Shown: positions 1 through 7,618, counted from the stretch's first letter. The stretch: DNA of 19,307 nt from Candidatus Nanopusillus sp. (GCA_028275775.1 JAPWTZ010000010.1:1-19307); one strand, 5' to 3'. Notes: generated from the letters alone by a model not told the origin. Made by a program: numbers and translations.

Positions 1-1623
1 ATTGATGAATCTTTATGCATTGGATGTGGAATATGTGTAAAGAAATGTCCTTTTAATGCAATAATAATTATAAATTTAACAAAGGAACCTGATGAAAAGC
101 CAGTATTTCAATATGGCCCAAATACATTTAGATTATATAGATTACCAATAATTAAGGAAGGAAAAGTTATTGGGATAATTGGAAGAAATGGTATGGGGAA
201 AAGTACAGCAATAAATATAATAGCTGGTTTATTAAAACCAAATTTTGGTGATTTTAATAAAAAATATGATGATAAAGAAATTATAAAAGAATTTAGGGGT
301 TCAGAACTTCAATCATATTTTGAAAAATTATATAATAATAAAATAATAATTTCATATAAACCTCAAAATATTACCCAAATAAAAAATATATTAAAGGATA
401 AAACAGTTAGAGAATTTTTATCAAAAGTTATAAATAATTTAGATGAGATATCAAAGAAATTTGAAATAGAAAATATATTGGATAGAAAAATTGGAGATTT
501 ATCTGGAGGAGAATTTCAGAAAATATTGTATATATATTCAGTATATAAAGACCATAATTTATTATTAATTGATGAAGTTACAAATTATTTAGATATATAT
601 GAAAGATTAAGGATATTAAATAATTTAAATGAAATAAAGGAAAAAGATACAATATTAATAATAGATCATGATTTATTATTTTTAGATTCAATTTCAGATA
701 TAATACATATTGTTTATGGAGTACAAAAAGCATATGGGGCTTTTTCATATCCTGTTGGGGCAAAAGAAGGTATAAATCAATATTTAGATGGATTTATAAA
801 GAGAGAGAATTTAAAGATAAGGGATAAGCCAATAAGATTAGATGTAAAAAGTTATACTGATGTAAAATTTGGAAAAAAGATTGTTGAATGGGAAAATGTT
901 ATAGTAAATTTAGATAATTTTAGACTTGAAGCAAATCCTGGATATATAAGAGAAAATGAAATAATAGGAGTATTAGGAAGAAACGGGATTGGAAAAAGTA
1001 CTTTTGTAAAAACTTTAGCTGGAGAAATAAAATATGAAGGAAATATATCAAAAAATTTAACAATATCATATAAACCGCAATTTTATGATTTTTCTAATTA
1101 TAATATAACTGTAGATCAATTTTTGAAAAGTTTTAATGAAAAATATAAAGAAGATTATAAAGAATATTTATCAATGTTAAATATTTCTGATCTATTAGAT
1201 AGAGAGGTTAATACATTATCTGGAGGAGAATTACAAACAGTATATACTTTTGGTACATTGATAAAAGATGCAGATTTATATTTAATAGATGAACCATTTG
1301 CAAATTTGGATATAGAACAAAGATTATTATTATCAAAATTCATAAGAGATATAATAAAAATTAGAGGGAAAGCATGTTTGGTTGTAGATCATGATTTAAT
1401 ATTTTTGAACTGGATTTCTGATAGGATTTTAGTATTTGCAGGGGAACCTGGTAAATATGGAAAAGCTTTGGGTATATATGAAAATAAAGAAGGATTAAAT
1501 ATATTTTTAAAACAATTAAATATAACAATGAGAACTGACGAAGAAACAAAAAGACCAAGAATTAATAAACAAAATAGTAGATTAGATCTTATACAAAAAC
1601 AAAAAGGGATATATTTTGAATAA
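1..1623 (+). CDS. abcE1: ABCE1 / RNase L inhibitor-type ribosome-recycling ATPase (5'-partial, runs off the window start)
   Basis: Frame 1 is open from nt 1 to the TAA at 1621-1623. Nt 1-192 translate to IDESLCIGCGICVKKCPFNAIIIINL...GIIGRNG, a CxxCxxCxxxCP 4Fe-4S motif running into the first Walker A, so the track's Met at 193 is internal. There are two ABC NBDs: Walker A GRNGMGKST / GRNGIGKST, signature LSGGEFQ / LSGGELQ, Walker B LLLIDE / LYLIDEP, H-loop IDHDL / VDHDL. No TM domain is present. FeS plus twin NBD is the ABCE1 architecture. Confidence 0.93.
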   Translation: MDESLCIGCGICVKKCPFNAIIIINLTKEPDEKPVFQYGPNTFRLYRLPIIKEGKVIGIIGRNGMGKSTAINIIAGLLKPNFGDFNKKYDDKEIIKEFRGSELQSYFEKLYNNKIIISYKPQNITQIKNILKDKTVREFLSKVINNLDEISKKFEIENILDRKIGDLSGGEFQKILYIYSVYKDHNLLLIDEVTNYLDIYERLRILNNLNEIKEKDTILIIDHDLLFLDSISDIIHIVYGVQKAYGAFSYPVGAKEGINQYLDGFIKRENLKIRDKPIRLDVKSYTDVKFGKKIVEWENVIVNLDNFRLEANPGYIRENEIIGVLGRNGIGKSTFVKTLAGEIKYEGNISKNLTISYKPQFYDFSNYNITVDQFLKSFNEKYKEDYKEYLSMLNISDLLDREVNTLSGGELQTVYTFGTLIKDADLYLIDEPFANLDIEQRLLLSKFIRDIIKIRGKACLVVDHDLIFLNWISDRILVFAGEPGKYGKALGIYENKEGLNIFLKQLNITMRTDEETKRPRINKQNSRLDLIQKQKGIYFE

Positions 1624-1624
1624 C

Positions 1625-1780
1625 CTATTCAGACTTAACAAATACATATACTGTTCCCCCGCAGTATGGACATGTTCCCTTTATTGCTGTCCTTCCATTC
1701 TTTAATGTAACTTTTTGTGGATTCTGTACTGGTACTTTTTTCTTACATCTGACGCAGTATGCCATATATTGTTCTGCCAT
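1625..1780 (-). CDS. Small zinc-ribbon protein, DUF5679-like (51 aa); missing from the supplied ORF track
   Basis: Minus-strand ATG at 1780-1778 and TAG at 1627-1625. It translates to MAEQYMAYCVRCKKKVPVQNPQKVTLKNGRTAIKGTCPYCGGTVYVFVKSE, with CxxC-N25-CxxC zinc-ribbon spacing. From memory it resembles the small archaeal/bacterial DUF5679 family. It is visibly G+C-richer than its flanks, and a TATA-like element is centred about 26 nt upstream of the ATG. Confidence 0.75.
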   Translation of the reverse strand: MAEQYMAYCVRCKKKVPVQNPQKVTLKNGRTAIKGTCPYCGGTVYVFVKSE

Positions 1781-1797
1781 TAATAATTCTTACTAAA

Positions 1798-1834
1798 AAA
1801 ATTTATATATTTATTGGGTAAATATATAAATTTT
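1798..1834. promoter_or_regulatory. Perfect inverted repeat AAAATTTATATATTTA-ttggg-TAAATATATAAATTTT (16-bp arms, 5-nt spacer); the left arm is the probable TATA box of the DUF5679-like gene
   Basis: Read directly: 1798-1813 is the exact reverse complement of 1819-1834. The centre of the left arm (about 1806) lies about 26 nt upstream of the minus-strand ATG at 1780, the same geometry seen at other genes in the window. Confidence 0.5.
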
Positions 1835-1873
1835 AAAAAAAGAAATTTTATAAAAAATAAAAGAAAAAAGAAT
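1835..1873 (-). terminator. Oligo-T tracts downstream of the NFACT-N gene (archaeal intrinsic terminator candidate)
   Basis: On the minus strand this reads ATTCTTTTTTCTTTTATTTTTTATAAAATTTCTTTTTTT, with three runs of 6-7 T immediately after the stop at 1874-1876. Archaeal RNAP is known to terminate at oligo-T. Confidence 0.45.
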
Positions 1874-2884
1874 TTATTTATTCTCTAAATATTTATCATC
1901 TATATTAATAATTAAATATTTATTATCCTTTTTAATATCTATATTAATATTAATTTCTCTAAAATTTTTTATTATATTATTTATATCATAGTCTTTAAAT
2001 ATCCATGAATATATGTTTAAAAATTCACCAATTTTCTCTAATTTATCAATTTCTTTATTAATTTCCTCTAAATATCCCTTTTGTTCTTCAATTATTCTTT
2101 TTATCTTTTCTTTTTCTTCATTTAATTTCTTTATTCTTTTATTTTCTCTACTATTTAAATAAAGATTTATGAAATATTTATTTATATCTTCGATAATATT
2201 TTCATTTTCATCTATTATAATCTTTAAGTTTACTATTTCATTATAAATATTATATATTTTTTCTATTTCTTCTTTATTTAATTCTTTAGGATTTTTATTT
2301 TTATCAATATTTGCCTTTTTTAATATATATTCAGAATATTTTCCTCCCAAAGATAAATCTATTGCCAAAAATCTTACAACATCCTTTTTATTTGTATTTT
2401 TTATTTTTTCGAATAATTCATTTATATTATTTATAATATTTACCGAACCTGGTGGCTTTACATATTTTTCATTTCTGAATATTTTTCTTACTCCAAAGTT
2501 TTTATATTGATTTGCATATAAAATTGTATCATTATAATCTGTTATAATTAATAATCCATTTGGAAAAAGTTCTGCATATAATTTCTTTTCATTATTTTTT
2601 ATTATAATAATTTTATCATTATTATCTATTTCAATATTAATTTTTGTTTCATTAAAATCTTTTCTTAATTTTAATGTAAAATTATTTGTTTCTTCTCTTT
2701 CTTTAACATTATATAAAAAAATAATTTTTCCTGGAATTATATATAAAAATTTGTTTTCTAAACCTGGTTTATATAATTCAAAAACAACTCCATCTTCAAT
2801 ATTATATATATTTTTTACTATAGAATTATTTATTTTTTCAGCATTATCATTATACCATTTCTTTAATTCAAAATAATTTATCAT
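1874..2884 (-). CDS. NFACT-N / HhH / partial coiled-coil protein (RqcH/Rqc2/NEMF-family ribosome quality control homologue), about half length and lacking NFACT-R
   Basis: The N-terminus MINYFELKKWYNDNAEKINNSIVKNIYNIEDGVVFELYK... fits the NFACT-N pattern. IEIDNNDKIIIIK and ELFPNGLLIITD align, from memory, with B. subtilis RqcH IEQIGLDRIITFH and EIMGRHSNIILVD. The HhH-like segment is RFLAIDLSLGGKYSEYILKKANID, followed by a charged coiled coil (EEKEKIKRIIEEQKGYLEEINKEIDKLEK). The ORF stops after 336 aa. Confidence 0.65.
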   Translation of the reverse strand: MINYFELKKWYNDNAEKINNSIVKNIYNIEDGVVFELYKPGLENKFLYIIPGKIIFLYNVKEREETNNFTLKLRKDFNETKINIEIDNNDKIIIIKNNEKKLYAELFPNGLLIITDYNDTILYANQYKNFGVRKIFRNEKYVKPPGSVNIINNINELFEKIKNTNKKDVVRFLAIDLSLGGKYSEYILKKANIDKNKNPKELNKEEIEKIYNIYNEIVNLKIIIDENENIIEDINKYFINLYLNSRENKRIKKLNEEKEKIKRIIEEQKGYLEEINKEIDKLEKIGEFLNIYSWIFKDYDINNIIKNFREININIDIKKDNKYLIINIDDKYLENK

Positions 2885-2888
2885 TATA

Positions 2889-4616
2889 TTAAATTTTCTT
2901 ACCTATTAATATATATTTGGTATATAATCTTTTGTGAGATTTTATCAATAATGTTTTTATATTATGGTATTCAAGTAATTCTCTTATTTTTTTAATTTCA
3001 TCTTCTATATCCTTTCTTTCTAGAAAACCAGCATAAGTTATTGATATTAAATATCCATTATTTTTCAATGTTCTATATATATTTTTTACAAATTTATTTT
3101 TATCTATAATGAATTTTAATGTTTCATATACAATTATTAAATCTATATTGTTATAAAATATTTTTGGAATTTCATCTTTTTTTGCAATATATACAAAAAA
3201 GTTATTTAGATTTTTCGTTTTTTTCTGTAATTTTCTTACAATTTTTTGTGATATATCTAAAGCATAAATTTTTACATTATATTTTTTTGCAATATATATA
3301 GATATATCACCAAGAAATGGGCCAAAATCTAATATTTTATATCCATCTTTTACATAATATTCAATTATCTTTATATCTTCTTTATATCTTATCTTTCTAA
3401 TTAAATATGGAATGAAATATAATTTGGAAAAGTAGAACTTTATTAATTTTGTATTTTTCTTCCATGTTATATTTAATGTTAATATTAATATAATAATAGA
3501 TATTGAAAAAGTTAGTATAATTGCATATATATTATTTAGAAACTCATATAATAATAAGTAAGATAATGTTGTCATTGAAAAAATAGCAAAAAATATTTTT
3601 ATTAATCTCCACTTATGTAATTTTTTTCCTTCTACTTTTATCTTTATGTAAGATATTATATACAGTATATATATAATAATTGTAAAAGATGAGAAAAAGG
3701 ATAATAAATAATTAAAATTGTTCAAGAATAAGAATATTAAAATAATGAATGAAGATAGAAAAACATTAAAAATTGGAGAATCTCTATTATTTTTTATTCT
3801 AAAGAAATATGGCAATAATTTATTTTCTGATATATTTTTCAATATTTTATTTGCAGTATAAAACCATATATATGTGGAATATATACTAATTGGTAAAAAT
3901 ATTAAAAGAATTATCCTATCAATATTTTCTATTTTAATGTTTAATAGACTTATATATAATAATATAGAAATTATTGAAAGAAGTATTGTTCCATAAAAAG
4001 TAGCATTTCCTGTTTTTCTATTATTTGAATAATTAGAATAGTATGTAAATATATCTAGACCATCAAATATCACTGTATTATATGTTATTGTAAATAAAAA
4101 AGGATTTATCGAATTGTATTGAATATATATATTTATTGGAAATATAAAAAATAAAAGTAAAACAATTAATGATATAATTGAAATATATGAAATAATTTCT
4201 TGTAATTTACTTTCAATATCTATATTAAGTAAATTAAATATTAGAAAGGTAAATATTATAATATATGGTATTAAAAACAAAAAAGGATTTATAATTTTGA
4301 AATAATCATTTATTAATAATAATTCTGAAGAAATGAAAGAAATTATTGATAAATAATAAAAGAATCCAAAAGTTGGTAATAAATATTTTGAAAGTCTAGA
4401 TATATAATGAAATATTCCTAAAGGATTTGGATCTCTTGTTATAGAATCTCTAAATAAATATGACAACAAAATAAATGCTATAATGATTGGAATTGAAGAT
4501 ATTAAAAAATATTGAATACTTATATATTGAGTATTCATTAATAATATAAGAAAAGGTATTTCAGGAACTATAACAGAGGATAAGAATAATATTATATAGT
4601 AAGAGAATCTTTTCAT
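2889..4616 (-). CDS. Fusion protein: N-terminal polytopic membrane domain (APC/amino-acid-permease-like, about aa 1-390) plus C-terminal class I SAM-dependent methyltransferase-like domain (about aa 405-575)
   Basis: About 10-12 hydrophobic segments are visible by eye. IFDGLDIFTYYSNYSNNRKTGNATFYGTILLSIISILLY and NKLLPYFFRIKNNRDSPIFNVF resemble APC-family signatures. The C-terminus has Rossmann MTase motifs: motif I KILDFGPFLGD (degenerate G-loop), IYALDIS (acidic end of beta-2), IDLIIVYETLKFI and LKNNGYLISI. It sits 4 nt upstream of the NFACT-N gene on the same strand. Confidence 0.6.
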   Translation of the reverse strand: MKRFSYYIILFLSSVIVPEIPFLILLMNTQYISIQYFLISSIPIIIAFILLSYLFRDSITRDPNPLGIFHYISRLSKYLLPTFGFFYYLSIISFISSELLLINDYFKIINPFLFLIPYIIIFTFLIFNLLNIDIESKLQEIISYISIISLIVLLLFFIFPINIYIQYNSINPFLFTITYNTVIFDGLDIFTYYSNYSNNRKTGNATFYGTILLSIISILLYISLLNIKIENIDRIILLIFLPISIYSTYIWFYTANKILKNISENKLLPYFFRIKNNRDSPIFNVFLSSFIILIFLFLNNFNYLLSFFSSFTIIIYILYIISYIKIKVEGKKLHKWRLIKIFFAIFSMTTLSYLLLYEFLNNIYAIILTFSISIIILILTLNITWKKNTKLIKFYFSKLYFIPYLIRKIRYKEDIKIIEYYVKDGYKILDFGPFLGDISIYIAKKYNVKIYALDISQKIVRKLQKKTKNLNNFFVYIAKKDEIPKIFYNNIDLIIVYETLKFIIDKNKFVKNIYRTLKNNGYLISITYAGFLERKDIEDEIKKIRELLEYHNIKTLLIKSHKRLYTKYILIGKKI

Positions 4617-4636
4617 TTATATAATGAGGACATTGG

Positions 4637-4646
4637 TAAATATAGG
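4637..4646 (-). promoter_or_regulatory. TATA-like box (minus-strand reading TTCCTATATTTA) for the permease-MTase gene
   Basis: It is centred about 25 nt upstream of the minus-strand ATG at 4616. It shares the core TCCTATAT with the divergent promoter at 4694-4701. Confidence 0.4.
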
Positions 4647-4693
4647 AATAAAGAAGCTTTAAAATATAAAATTTATAGCAACTATCTGGTATC

Positions 4694-4701
4694 CTATATA
4701 A
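4694..4701 (+). promoter_or_regulatory. TATA-like box (TCCTATATAA) for the GH1-like gene
   Basis: It is centred about 26 nt upstream of the ATG at 4724 and no Shine-Dalgarno-like sequence lies between, which suggests a leaderless transcript. Confidence 0.4.
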
Positions 4702-4723
4702 GTGGTAAAAACAAAATATATCA

Positions 4724-5803
4724 ATGACTATAGGTATATCATATAGTTTAGTTCAGGTTGCTAGAGAATCAAATCTGAAAAATGATTCAATCTATAAAAA
4801 ATATAGATTTTTAGATAATAGGAAATTTAATATAGATTTGGATAATAAATCAGATTTAGATAAATTAATAGAACTTTCAACATTAAGATATAATGTAAAA
4901 AATATTAGACTATCTTATTTACCATCATATGTGGAAAATCCAGATGGAAAAATAGATAAAAATAAATTAAGAAATATTTTATATTTATTAGAACAATATA
5001 TAGATCAGGGGATTGATGTATCCTTGGTATTATTACATTTTACATATCCAAGAAATTGGATAAGTATTTTTGATAAAGATTTTCCCAAGTTTTTTATAAA
5101 TCATATAGAAAATGTAAAAGAAATACTTAGCTATGTAAAACATATATGTCCTATGAATGAGCCAATAAATGAATATTGGATGAATGTTCAAATAGATTCT
5201 AAGGGATTTTTTTATCTAAATAGATTTTTAGAAAATGTAGAAGAAATACAAGAATATATTTATGATGAATTCAAAAAAGAGAAAATAATACATTTTAATG
5301 TTTACTCTATTTATTCAAAAAATATAGGAAAAATACTTAATAATTTCCTAAAACCTTTTGAAGATCAAATTAAAAAATTGAGAAATTATTATAATGTATT
5401 AGACATAAATTATTATGGAACTTTTGGATTTAATTTGTATGGAAAGTATTATCTTGGAAGTAAATTACCAAGGATAATAAATTCATATAATCCAAAAGAT
5501 ATCCAGAATGTAATATTTCATTATAAAAAATTATCTGGAGTTAATGATATTTGGATAACAGAAACAGGTCTATATGCTAAAAATTATGAAGAAGAAAAAA
5601 TTAGATATAAATATATTGAAGAGACAATAAAATATATAAAAAAGATTTCTTCAGATATTCCGGTATTTATTTGGACATTTGGAGATATTGTAAATGAATG
5701 GAAAAAAAGACCTGGTGGAGGATTTGGTATTTGTTATGATGGAAGCAATATTAAAAAGAAAATATGCGAAAATTATATAGAATTATTTAAGAAATATAAT
5801 TAA
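4724..5803 (+). CDS. Glycoside hydrolase family 1-like (clan GH-A TIM barrel) protein, shortened to 359 aa
   Basis: GH1-type motifs occur in order: RLSYLPSYVENPDG (cf. RFSIsWsRIxPxG), VSLVLLHFTYPRNW (cf. TLxHwDlPxwL), CPMNEPI with the acid/base Glu at aa 146 (nt 5159-5161), IWITETG with the nucleophile Glu at aa 280 (cf. ITENG), and IWTFGDIVNEWKKRPGGGFGICY (cf. WSlxDNfEWxxGyxxRFG). Confidence 0.7.
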   Translation: MTIGISYSLVQVARESNLKNDSIYKKYRFLDNRKFNIDLDNKSDLDKLIELSTLRYNVKNIRLSYLPSYVENPDGKIDKNKLRNILYLLEQYIDQGIDVSLVLLHFTYPRNWISIFDKDFPKFFINHIENVKEILSYVKHICPMNEPINEYWMNVQIDSKGFFYLNRFLENVEEIQEYIYDEFKKEKIIHFNVYSIYSKNIGKILNNFLKPFEDQIKKLRNYYNVLDINYYGTFGFNLYGKYYLGSKLPRIINSYNPKDIQNVIFHYKKLSGVNDIWITETGLYAKNYEEEKIRYKYIEETIKYIKKISSDIPVFIWTFGDIVNEWKKRPGGGFGICYDGSNIKKKICENYIELFKKYN

Positions 5804-7581
5804 TGCTAATAATTGCAGAAAAACCATCTGTAGCTAGAAAAATTTCATCATTCTTATCAAATAATAAATATAGAAAAATAAGATTTTCAAGAAATATATA
5901 TTATTATTATTTTAATCAGGAAGGAAAAAATATATATGTTGTTCCATCAATTGGTCATTTATTTACATTATCGGATTTAAATGAAAATTATGATTATCCT
6001 ACATTTAATTATAGATGGGTTCCATCATATATTGAGGATGGAATTATTGCAAAGAAATATTATATTGAAATGTTTAGTAAATTTAGAAATGAAAATAATA
6101 TAATAATTGCAACAGATTATGATATAGAAGGAGAATTAATAGGTTATAATATTTTAAGATATATATTAAATAAAGAAAATGCAAATAGAATGATATTTTC
6201 TGCAATAACATATAAAGATATTATTAGGGCTTTTAATAATAAGAAAGAAAGTTTAAATTTTGGATATATATATGCTGGGGAGACAAGACATATAATTGAT
6301 TGGTTATATGGTATAAATCTATCTAGGGCATTAACAAGATCATTATTTTATTATACTAGAAAATTTGTTTTAAGTATTGGAAGGGTTCAGGGTCCAACAT
6401 TAATGTTAGTATTTAATAGAGAAAATGAAATTGAAAAATTTAAACCAGAAGAATATTATAAAGTTGAAGCTTTAGTAATAAAAGATAATAAAAAATTGAA
6501 ATTTTCATATATAAAAGATAAAATAAAGGATAAAGATGAAGCAAATAGGATAAAAAATAATTTAGGAGAATATTTAATTGTTAGTAATGTAGAGAAAAAA
6601 GAAGAAAAAATAAATCCTCCATATCCATATAATTTAACAGACATACAGATGGATGCATATAAATATTATAAAATTAGTCCAAAAAGAACTTTAGATATTT
6701 TACAATCTTTATATGAAAAGGGTTATGTATCGTATCCAAGAACATCTTCTCAAAAATTACCTGAAACAATTAATTTTAAAGAAATATTATCAAATTTATC
6801 CTCAATAAATCTTTATAAGAAATATATAGTTCCTTTATTGGGAAAACAAATTTTAAAACCAAATAATGGACCTAAAGATGATGTTCATCCTGCAATACAT
6901 CCTACAGGATATATTCCGGAATATTTGGATTATAAGGAAAAATTAATTTATGATTTGGTAGTTAGAAGATTTATTGCAACATTTTATGATCCTGCAATTA
7001 TATATAAAATAAATGTTATTACAAAAGAAAATTTTGTTTATAATTATTACGATATAAAATATAAAGGATGGTTGGATGTTTATTGGGAAATATATAAAAG
7101 TAATTTTATTTCTTTAAAATTTAATATAGGAGAAAAATTGTTAGTAGATAAAGTTAATATATTAAAAAGAAAAACAAAACCACCTGCAAGATATAATAAA
7201 GCATCTTTAGTTAAAAAAATGGAAGAATTAAATCTAGGAACAAAAAGTACTAGAGCGGATATTGTTGAAATATTATTTAAGAGAAAATATGTTGAAGGAA
7301 AATCTATAAAAATTACCGAATTAGGAAAAAAGATTATTGAAATATTTGAGAAATATTATCCAGATATTTTGGATATAAACTTTACAAGAAAAATGGAAAA
7401 AAATTTGGAAGAATTGGAAAACAAACCAGATACAAGTTTAAAGGAAAAAATAATTGAGGAAAATATAGAAATAATAAAAGATTTATCTAAAGTTATGAAA
7501 GAAAATGAGAAAAAAATTGGAGAAGAATTATATAATTTTATTAAGGATTATTTAAATAAAAGAAAAATAAAAAAGGATTAA
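5803..7581 (+). CDS. topA: Type IA DNA topoisomerase (TopA/Topo III-like core, 592 aa)
   Basis: The Toprim start is MLIIAEKPSVARKI with the catalytic Glu. The acidic cluster is IIIATDYDIEGELIG, followed by SIGRVQGPTL. The active-site Tyr context is GYVSYPRTSSQKL. Also present are HPAIHPTG, KPPARYNKASLVKKMEELNLGTKSTRA and DINFTRKMEKNLEE. The ATG overlaps the upstream stop (TAATG at 5801-5805). Confidence 0.92.
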   Translation: MLIIAEKPSVARKISSFLSNNKYRKIRFSRNIYYYYFNQEGKNIYVVPSIGHLFTLSDLNENYDYPTFNYRWVPSYIEDGIIAKKYYIEMFSKFRNENNIIIATDYDIEGELIGYNILRYILNKENANRMIFSAITYKDIIRAFNNKKESLNFGYIYAGETRHIIDWLYGINLSRALTRSLFYYTRKFVLSIGRVQGPTLMLVFNRENEIEKFKPEEYYKVEALVIKDNKKLKFSYIKDKIKDKDEANRIKNNLGEYLIVSNVEKKEEKINPPYPYNLTDIQMDAYKYYKISPKRTLDILQSLYEKGYVSYPRTSSQKLPETINFKEILSNLSSINLYKKYIVPLLGKQILKPNNGPKDDVHPAIHPTGYIPEYLDYKEKLIYDLVVRRFIATFYDPAIIYKINVITKENFVYNYYDIKYKGWLDVYWEIYKSNFISLKFNIGEKLLVDKVNILKRKTKPPARYNKASLVKKMEELNLGTKSTRADIVEILFKRKYVEGKSIKITELGKKIIEIFEKYYPDILDINFTRKMEKNLEELENKPDTSLKEKIIEENIEIIKDLSKVMKENEKKIGEELYNFIKDYLNKRKIKKD

Positions 7582-7588
7582 CAAAATA

Positions 7589-7596
7589 TTTATAAA
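7589..7596 (+). promoter_or_regulatory. TATA-like box TTTATAAA for the DUF4234 gene
   Basis: It is centred about 26-27 nt upstream of the ATG at 7619. Confidence 0.4.
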
Positions 7597-7618
7597 TAAT
7601 AAAGAAAATTAAAATTAA

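Noticed and set aside
1624-1790. A G+C-rich island that could be a tRNA or small structured RNA in an AT-rich genome.
   Set aside because: It is fully explained by a clean 51-codon minus-strand ORF with zinc-ribbon cysteines. I could not fold it into a cloverleaf, and no other G+C-rich non-coding islands exist in the window.
5803-7581. Topoisomerase half of a split reverse gyrase, as known in Nanoarchaeum equitans.
   Set aside because: The Toprim start IIAEKPS and the overall motif pattern are TopA/Topo III-like rather than the reverse-gyrase topoisomerase domain. No helicase-half gene is adjacent. This cannot be fully excluded without a phylogeny.
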